Positions 27,818 through 34,295 of a stretch of 53,635 bases of DNA are shown one piece after another. The position numbers and the translations under genes were made by a program. The first letter of the stretch is position 1; every line of letters begins with the position of its first letter. The stretch is taken from the NCBI GenBank assembly GCA_013044165.1, contig JABEVB010000178.1, positions 1 to 53,635 of the forward strand, read 5' to 3'. The DNA comes from Phycisphaerales bacterium. GTDB lineage: Bacteria; Planctomycetota; Phycisphaerae; WQYP01. The notes under the pieces were generated by a model. That model was not told the origin of the DNA, made no database searches, and worked only from the letters and a program-made list of their open reading frames with translations.

Positions 27818-28165
27818 TTACTGGCCACTTGCGGATTCGAGGAAGACGCGAATTTTACGCGCCTCGACTGCGGTAAGCCCGCCAATCACCCGCATGTGGT
27901 GCACAATAATGTCCCACTGGGCGGCATTGAACTGCGAAGGTGAACGCAGGTTGTGGCAGCGTTCGCAGTTTTCAGCCCATAACTGGGCACCGCTCTGCTT
28001 TTCTTCATATTGATTGGAAAAGATGCCCGCATCCGACTGCGGCAGCTTAGACTCTTTGGCCGCGGACTGGGTTGCGGCAGCCTTGTGCTGGCTGCTGCAG
28101 GCGCCCAGACCGGCCACAAGCGCCGCGAGCGTTAATCCGGAGGCAAGGGTGTAACCAAATCGCAT
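27818..28165 (-). CDS. monohaem c-type cytochrome lipoprotein
   Basis: Lipobox LVAGLGAC after a signal peptide; single CxxCH (CERCHNLRSP); conserved tail AAQWDIIVHHMRVIGGLTAVEARKIRVFL. ATG 28165 has AAGGAG upstream; the ORF-track start 28198 is rejected. Confidence 0.75.
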   Translation of the reverse strand: MRFGYTLASGLTLAALVAGLGACSSQHKAAATQSAAKESKLPQSDAGIFSNQYEEKQSGAQLWAENCERCHNLRSPSQFNAAQWDIIVHHMRVIGGLTAVEARKIRVFLESASGQ

Positions 28166-28194
28166 AAAAAGCTCCTTGTAAAAATAGCCCAACA

Positions 28195-29568
28195 TCAAAT
28201 GCCAACCGCAAACTGCAGGAAGAAGGCGTTGTTGCCGCCGGTGTTTTCCACGTTATCAAACTCGTACTCGCCCTTGATAACCGCATCGGAATAGAGCCAG
28301 TAGTTGAGTCCGAACGAATAACGCTGTTCGTGCAGAGCGCCCGGGTTATTACCGGGAATATCCACGCGGTCATAGCGGAAAGCATACCCCAGATTTTTAA
28401 GGTAGGGTACATCAATAAGCGTGGGCTGATAGTAAAGCTCAACAAAGCCGCCGTTGCTGTGGCCATTGAAGGGGTCGGGGCCGACCGTACCGGGATAGAC
28501 AGCTCCATCCGTGCTTGAGAATATCCAGGCCCCGCGGGCCCGCACCAAACCGTCGAGCGCCTTGACCACTTTGCCATAGTTAAAGTCCACCGCCTGCAGG
28601 AAGGCGTTGACGTGGAATGGCGTGGCAATGGCCGTGCTGGGCTGCGTGACGGGCTCGGAATATTCAAATGAATAACCAACTTCGAGTGAAGGAATGGGCA
28701 CAAAGCCGAGGCGACCGCCGATGGCTTTGCCGTTGTTATAGTTGTTGGTGTCGCCAAAGTTGAGCGCACCGGGTGCACTGCCGGGGCCATTGGGGTTTTG
28801 ATCACTGGAAATGATATCCGGCCCATTGCTCGCATAAAAATTGTAATTGAAGTGCGTGGGGCCAACCGGCACCGCGCCGCTGATATAGCCGCCGACTTCG
28901 TTGGATGGTGTCAGATAGCTGTACACCTCCGGCGCATCCACCATGGGTTCGATCCAGGGAGGACCAAAGTAGTTGTTGTACGCGGCAAATGGCGAGGGGA
29001 ACATGCCGCCGCCGACGGTCATGTAGTCGTTAAGTATGTAGGACAGATCAATGATAGATACGTCACCGGCGCCGCTGCTGAAGTCGCCGCTGTTGCCCTG
29101 CGTGAAGAAATCAAAACCGGCGATCAAGAGCAGGCGTTTGTCGAGCTGCCAATCTATGATGGGGCTTACGTCGGCCGAGAATTGCGAGGGTGTGCCTCGC
29201 TGATTGGTAAATGTTACGTTCGCGTCGCCCACGATGAGAAAATTGGTGCTGCCCGGTTCCATCTGCGAAATCTTCTGGCTTTGCTTGTTGATCTGGTTGT
29301 ACAGGTCCTCGATGCTTTGCTCGGTGGCCTTTTCATCAACGCTTTCTTTGGAGGACTTGCTGGCGGCAATTTCCTTTTGCTGGCTCGCCACCTGCTTTTG
29401 CATGGCCGCCATCTGTTTCTGCATCTGCATCATCTGCTTTTGAAGGGTGGAATAATTATGCTGCAACTGCTGGTAGCTCGGTGAGGATGCGTTGTCCGCG
29501 GCCAGAGCCGTGCCCGCCGCCGCCAGCATGGCGGCCGTCGCGAGTACCCGTGTGACGAGTGGTTTCAT
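28195..29568 (-). CDS. outer-membrane beta-barrel porin-like protein with N-terminal coiled coil
   Basis: Signal peptide (AAMLAAAGTALA-ADN), then a Gln/Met-rich heptad region (QQLQHNYSTLQKQMMQMQKQMAAMQKQVASQQKEI). This is followed by about 350 aa of alternating aromatic/Gly-rich strand pattern ending AFFLQFAVGI. No Cys, hence no haem site. ATG 29568 has AAGGAG upstream. Confidence 0.7.
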   Translation of the reverse strand: MKPLVTRVLATAAMLAAAGTALAADNASSPSYQQLQHNYSTLQKQMMQMQKQMAAMQKQVASQQKEIAASKSSKESVDEKATEQSIEDLYNQINKQSQKISQMEPGSTNFLIVGDANVTFTNQRGTPSQFSADVSPIIDWQLDKRLLLIAGFDFFTQGNSGDFSSGAGDVSIIDLSYILNDYMTVGGGMFPSPFAAYNNYFGPPWIEPMVDAPEVYSYLTPSNEVGGYISGAVPVGPTHFNYNFYASNGPDIISSDQNPNGPGSAPGALNFGDTNNYNNGKAIGGRLGFVPIPSLEVGYSFEYSEPVTQPSTAIATPFHVNAFLQAVDFNYGKVVKALDGLVRARGAWIFSSTDGAVYPGTVGPDPFNGHSNGGFVELYYQPTLIDVPYLKNLGYAFRYDRVDIPGNNPGALHEQRYSFGLNYWLYSDAVIKGEYEFDNVENTGGNNAFFLQFAVGI

Positions 29569-29682
29569 AGCGGTCTCCTTGTAAAAAGTTAAGCGGATAG
29601 CCTTATCCACAATACGCTTTACCAAACCCTTTTCAGGCGTTTTTAAAAATGTCTATTACCCACGCAACCGGCGAAACAGGGT

Positions 29683-30201
29683 TTAATGCCCGGCCGGATC
29701 AAAGTTCTTGTGCATGTAGTTGATTACATTCCATCGCTGCGTTTTTGTCAAGCTTTGGCCAAACGCAGGCATCGGGCTGTGGCCGTTGGTAATTTTCCAG
29801 AATAGGGCACCTTCGCCCTGTTTCCATACAGCCGCGGCCGTAAGATTAGCCGGCGGTGGATTCAGGCACGATGCGGTCGGCCCATCGCCTTTGCCATTAG
29901 TGCCGTGGCAGGCCTCGCAGTTGTCTGTGAAAATGGTATGCCCGGAGGCGATGGAGCTGGCACTTTCCGGAATCGGGTTCTTTTTGAATTTGGCAAACGG
30001 GGGCGCCGTCCACGACCCGAGCAACTGGGCCGACGGCTGCGCTTGCAGCGCCATGTTCGATGCCGCAGTCGCCTGGCCGTTAGCCGCATGGGTGTAACCA
30101 GCCATAAGCCCACAGGCCAAGGCCGCCCCGACCACGCCCGCCAAGGCAGAAATGCTTAATACAGCCCAACGAGGTCTATGTGATTCCATCTCTTTCATCA
30201 T
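29683..30201 (-). CDS. class I monohaem c-type cytochrome (periplasmic)
   Basis: Signal/anchor segment, then NPIPESASSIASGHTIFTDNCEACHGTNGKGDGP ... GHSPMPAFG (CxxCH plus distal Met context). GAGGA upstream of ATG 30201. Confidence 0.8.
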   Translation of the reverse strand: MMKEMESHRPRWAVLSISALAGVVGAALACGLMAGYTHAANGQATAASNMALQAQPSAQLLGSWTAPPFAKFKKNPIPESASSIASGHTIFTDNCEACHGTNGKGDGPTASCLNPPPANLTAAAVWKQGEGALFWKITNGHSPMPAFGQSLTKTQRWNVINYMHKNFDPAGH

Positions 30202-30699
30202 GTTAGTGAGTCCTCAATTAAAAACACCACAAAAACAAATACCACTCACACAGCGATCTGGCAAGCGAAGCCACACGTTGCCGCCTGTGAAAAACATCAC
30301 AAGCATAACCGCAGCACCCTGCCGCCGCCGCTGTACGTAAGGTAGTATCGCCTCCCGCAAATAAAATCCAATCGGGCAATTACCAAAAGAACACTAAAAA
30401 TCATCCGCGATTTCGTGTCGGTAACGCGCTTAATGGCCCATAAGGGAATACCCTAACGTGGTCGTGCGGTTGGCCAGCCGCAGGGCTCTGGCGTTTACCA
30501 TGACCGCGCGGCGCATCAAACGCCTTGCCCTTTGTGCCAGCGGGTGTTGCTGCCCTCGCGCCGGCATCTGTTAAGCAAAGCCAACGGCGGTTAATATACA
30601 GCAGATATACGTGAGGCGACCCCGCCGCCCCAAAGTGCGGGCAACGGCAGCCTATTTATTTATCGCAGCAAGCCAAACGCTGCCAACACGGAAAGATTC

Positions 30700-31506
30700 A
30701 TGGGGCTTCGATCGCTTTACCGGCAGCGAAACGACTATGCGACGCGGCGCGAATGGTGGCTGGCGGTGTGGAGGTATTACCTGCAGCGCTATCCGAAAGC
30801 TCCGCTGCCGGGCCGTCGAGCCATCCTGCGCATAAACCGCCCTGGTGTGTCGGGTGCGTTTTATGCACGATTGGTCTCCAGCGATTACGACATGCTTAAC
30901 GAAATTTTTGTCGCCGGTGAATACGATCGGCTGATCGCCGCCGCTCCGCGCGATGTGAAAACCGTGCTCGATTTGGGGGCCAATGCCGGCTATTCAATTC
31001 GGCGATGGTTGGCGCAGTGGCCGGGTTGCCATGTGGTGGCCGTTGAGCCTGATGCCGGCAATCTTGCCATGTGCCGGCGCAATGCGGCTGCGGTGCCAGG
31101 CTCGCATGTAAGCCTGATTCAGGCCTGTGCCGTTGGCCTGGCTCGCAAGGTTTATCTCGCGACCGATGATCGCGAGTGCTTGTTTCATGTAACAAGCGAA
31201 CCGCACGGCACGCCCATAGACGGCCTTACCGTGCCGGACATCCTGGCACGCAGCGGGGTCGAAGGCCCCATAGACATTTTCAAGTGCGATATTGAAGGCG
31301 CTGAAGCTGAAGTGTTCGCCCATTGCGCCGGATGGATTCGTCGCGTGCGGCTTTTGACGGTGGAGATACACCCACCTTATACAGCCGAGCAACTTCTAGC
31401 GGCCATTCGTGCAGGAGGCGGTCTGCCGGAGGTGCTGCATGTGGATGAAAGTTCCGGACATGGCTGCGTTATTTTTGTGCGGCAGGTTGCGGTTGACGCA
31501 GCCTGA
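30700..31506 (+). CDS. FkbM-family methyltransferase
   Basis: SAM-binding VLDLGANAGYS and the FkbM hallmark IFKCDIEGAEAEVF. Confidence 0.85.
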   Translation: MGLRSLYRQRNDYATRREWWLAVWRYYLQRYPKAPLPGRRAILRINRPGVSGAFYARLVSSDYDMLNEIFVAGEYDRLIAAAPRDVKTVLDLGANAGYSIRRWLAQWPGCHVVAVEPDAGNLAMCRRNAAAVPGSHVSLIQACAVGLARKVYLATDDRECLFHVTSEPHGTPIDGLTVPDILARSGVEGPIDIFKCDIEGAEAEVFAHCAGWIRRVRLLTVEIHPPYTAEQLLAAIRAGGGLPEVLHVDESSGHGCVIFVRQVAVDAA

Positions 31507-31521
31507 ACTTGGAGTGCACTT

Positions 31522-32298
31522 TTGGGCTGGTGGAGAAAAAAACAATCGGCAAGCGGGCCGCCGGTGGTCACGCTGTCCTGTTTGGGACGGCGCGGACGCT
31601 TTGGCAACATGCTGTTTCAATACAGCTTTGCCCGAAAATTTGCCAAGCTCAACAACGCCGAACTGCAAACGCCGCCCTGGCTCGGCGAAACTGCTTTTAA
31701 CATAAGCCACCCGCGAATCCGCCGTCCGCTACCGGCGACCCCCGATGACGGTTGGCAGATGGGGCAGGTAAACGTTGATTTGCTGGGCTATTTTCAAAAT
31801 CAGCGCTGTATGGACCTGTTGTCACGGCGCGAGCTTAAGCAATGGCTGGCGTTTCGCCCGGAAATTGCCTCGCTATTCCCCAAACCGCGAAGCTTTTACG
31901 CTGCCGCTCATTTGCGCCGAGGCGATTATGTGCGGGAACAAAATCGCTTTTGTGTGGTTAAAAAAAGCGCCTACGAGTCGGCGATCAAGCAGGCGGGCAT
32001 AGCTGCCGCCGACGTGATTTGGGTGTGCGACGAAACCGCGCAAAGCAGCCCGCTCGAAGCGCAGGGGCTGGGCTTTTTGGCCGACTTTTTCACTCTTATG
32101 CAGGCTGATGTTCTCTTCAGGGCGAACTCATCGTTTTCGTGGTGGGCTGCGACGCTCAGCAGCGCCCGCGTGTATAGCCCTGTGGTAGAAGACAAAGTGG
32201 GCATGCAGGATGTGCCTTTTGTGCCGGGCAATTGGCCTATGATGAGCCATCCCAGCCGCACCGGCGCGTTAAGCACCGACCTGCACCTGCCCGACTGA
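31522..32298 (+). CDS. glycosyltransferase family 11-like (alpha-1,2-fucosyltransferase-like)
   Basis: All three GT11 motifs are present: GRFGNMLFQYSFA, HLRRGDYV, NSSFSWWAATL. TTG start with GGAG 7 nt upstream, 15 nt after the FkbM stop. Confidence 0.75.
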   Translation: MGWWRKKQSASGPPVVTLSCLGRRGRFGNMLFQYSFARKFAKLNNAELQTPPWLGETAFNISHPRIRRPLPATPDDGWQMGQVNVDLLGYFQNQRCMDLLSRRELKQWLAFRPEIASLFPKPRSFYAAAHLRRGDYVREQNRFCVVKKSAYESAIKQAGIAAADVIWVCDETAQSSPLEAQGLGFLADFFTLMQADVLFRANSSFSWWAATLSSARVYSPVVEDKVGMQDVPFVPGNWPMMSHPSRTGALSTDLHLPD

Positions 32299-32314
32299 CC
32301 AAGGACCACTCCGC

Positions 32315-33262
32315 ATGAACACGCCCGTTGCACTGATTATGTTTAACCGCCCTGATTTGACGCAGCAGGTGCTTGCCGCCATTGCCAAAGCCCGGCCCAG
32401 TTTGCTGCTGGTTATAGCCGATGGCCCGCGTGCATCGCGGCCGCAGGAGGCCGAAAAGTGTCGCCAGACCCGGGCCTTGCTGCAAACGGTAAATTGGCCC
32501 TGTGAGGTCCGCACGAATTTTTCGCAGGGCAATCTGGGCTGTCGGCGGCGGGTATCGTCCGGGCTGGACTGGGTATTTGAGCAGGTTGAGCAGGCTATTA
32601 TTCTGGAAGACGATTGCCTGCCGCATCCATCATTTTTTAGCTATTGCCAGGAGTTGCTTGAGCGCTACCGCGATGAGCCGCGTATCATGCATATTGGCGG
32701 GAGCAACTTCCAGGCCAAAGACTGGCACTGCCCTCATAGTTACTATTTTTCAAAATACATGCATATATGGGGCTGGGCTAGCTGGCGGCGGGCCTGGGAA
32801 CTTTACGATGTTAATACAGCGCTGTGGCCGACGTTCAAGCAAAGCGGCCGTCTAAAAGACCTGTGCCCCAACCCATATGAGCGCGCCATGTGGAGCCGTT
32901 ATTTTGATAACATTCATGCTGGCCGCACCGACACTTGGGATACCCAGTGGATATTCAGCTGCTGGCAGGCAGGCGGCATCAGTATTAGCCCGGCGGTGAA
33001 CTTGGTGTCGAATATCGGTTTTAGACCCGACGCCACGCACACGACCTGGCAGACCAAAATGGCCAATAGGCCGACTGCTGACATCGGGGAGTTGCGCCAT
33101 CCACCGGCTATTGAGCTTGCCACCGCAGAAGATCATTGGGACTTTTTAGAAGTGTACAATGGCCACTCGTTTACGCGGCGTAATCGGCTGCATCGCCGCC
33201 TCGCCCGCCTGCCGGCCCGCTTGCTTCAAGGGTGCCTGAGCGGGCTGGACCTATGGAGTTAG
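32315..33262 (+). CDS. GT-A fold glycosyltransferase (GT2/GNT-I-like, HlpA-like group)
   Basis: N-terminus PVALIMFNRPDLTQQVLAAIAKARPSLLLVIADGPR and acidic motif ILEDDCLP. 16 nt after the GT11 stop. Confidence 0.7.
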   Translation: MNTPVALIMFNRPDLTQQVLAAIAKARPSLLLVIADGPRASRPQEAEKCRQTRALLQTVNWPCEVRTNFSQGNLGCRRRVSSGLDWVFEQVEQAIILEDDCLPHPSFFSYCQELLERYRDEPRIMHIGGSNFQAKDWHCPHSYYFSKYMHIWGWASWRRAWELYDVNTALWPTFKQSGRLKDLCPNPYERAMWSRYFDNIHAGRTDTWDTQWIFSCWQAGGISISPAVNLVSNIGFRPDATHTTWQTKMANRPTADIGELRHPPAIELATAEDHWDFLEVYNGHSFTRRNRLHRRLARLPARLLQGCLSGLDLWS

Positions 33263-34037
33263 CGGGTAGCGCGCCGAGGGTATCGAGACGGTTGAACACC
33301 TGCGGAAATAGAATTTCGTCCTCCTCGCGAAGGTGCTGCGTATGCTGAGTATCAAAACGGCGGAGCATCGCGTTGAGCTGGCGCACGTTCTCGGGGGTAT
33401 CCTGCGGAAATGTGTAGTTGTTCGTCCACAACCTTATCTGCCGCAGCGGAACCTCGAATTGGTTATGCTGAGCCTGCAATTCGGTGATGGCAAAGGTTAA
33501 GTCACGCGGTGGCCGTGAAGTTAAACGAACTCGATCAAGCTCGCGAATCTGCGGAAATATTTCCTCCTCTTCTCGGCATACATGCGCATTAGCATCCATC
33601 TGCAGGTCAAAGAATTGCTCTCTTAGCAGATGCAGCCAACCAAAGTGGTCGCCCCACTCGCGACTGGTATGTTCCAGCATAAGCCCCAGCCGCGGCAATT
33701 CGCGTTTGAGCCAGCCATGACGATGCAGTTCAATATGTTCAGTCAGTTGCGAAAAGCTGGTAAAAACCACTGCTCCGTGTTGGTGACCGGCCGAATCGAG
33801 CGATTCCGAAAGCAGGTAAAGTGTGTGCACCGGATCCGCCAGAGCCTTGCGACATAGCTCATCTCCCGTGGTGCGGGGGCACTTTCGACATTCCACGCCA
33901 AAATGGTTGAGAATGCTGGCCTTGCTGGGATGCGTACAGATCAGTTCGGGTGGTTCGCGCAGCGACAGGGGCAATCCGATGGTTATCAAGTTGGCTGACT
34001 GTGCATCACCCATTCTGAAGTTTTTTGTATTTGGCAT
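33171..34037 (-). CDS. iron-sulfur cluster repair di-iron protein-like (ScdA_N plus hemerythrin HHE domain, RIC/YtfE-like)
   Basis: Hemerythrin-type H/E pairs (EHIELHRHG, HVCREEEEIFPQI, HTQHLREEDEILFPQVF) after an ScdA_N-like segment (ICTHPSKASILNHFGVECRKC). ATG 34037 has GGAGG upstream. The 3' tail overlaps the convergent glycosyltransferase by 92 nt. Confidence 0.6.
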   Translation of the reverse strand: MPNTKNFRMGDAQSANLITIGLPLSLREPPELICTHPSKASILNHFGVECRKCPRTTGDELCRKALADPVHTLYLLSESLDSAGHQHGAVVFTSFSQLTEHIELHRHGWLKRELPRLGLMLEHTSREWGDHFGWLHLLREQFFDLQMDANAHVCREEEEIFPQIRELDRVRLTSRPPRDLTFAITELQAQHNQFEVPLRQIRLWTNNYTFPQDTPENVRQLNAMLRRFDTQHTQHLREEDEILFPQVFNRLDTLGALPANSIGPARSGTLEASGPAGGRGGDAADYAA

Positions 34038-34295
34038 GTACGCCTCCACGCAATGAGTAGCTGACCAAGCCAAACAATATTGTCCGATGCGGGTACACAA
34101 GCGGGGCGATAAACCTCGCCAAGGTAAACATCGGCTTTCAGGCGAGCGAAAAATAATTATTAAGACTCAAATAAGGGTTATCGGACATGCGGACATGTGG
34201 GCTGCGTTACCGGTGGCCGCCTGTGCCGGCCCTGGGATCGCCCGACGTTTGGTGCCATCCCATCGCCCAAGAATTGAAGGTTGGCAATAACGCCA

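Noticed and set aside
28047-28865. 272-aa minus-strand ORF overlapping the porin gene in another frame.
   Set aside because: It is out of frame within a gene that has a signal peptide, coiled coil and barrel pattern. The product is Pro/Arg/Ser/Thr-rich with no features.
29603-29611. Perfect DnaA box TTATCCACA between the cytochrome c and porin genes.
   Set aside because: It is a single isolated 9-mer with no cluster and no AT-rich unwinding element. One chance occurrence in about 107 kb of two-strand sequence is not surprising.
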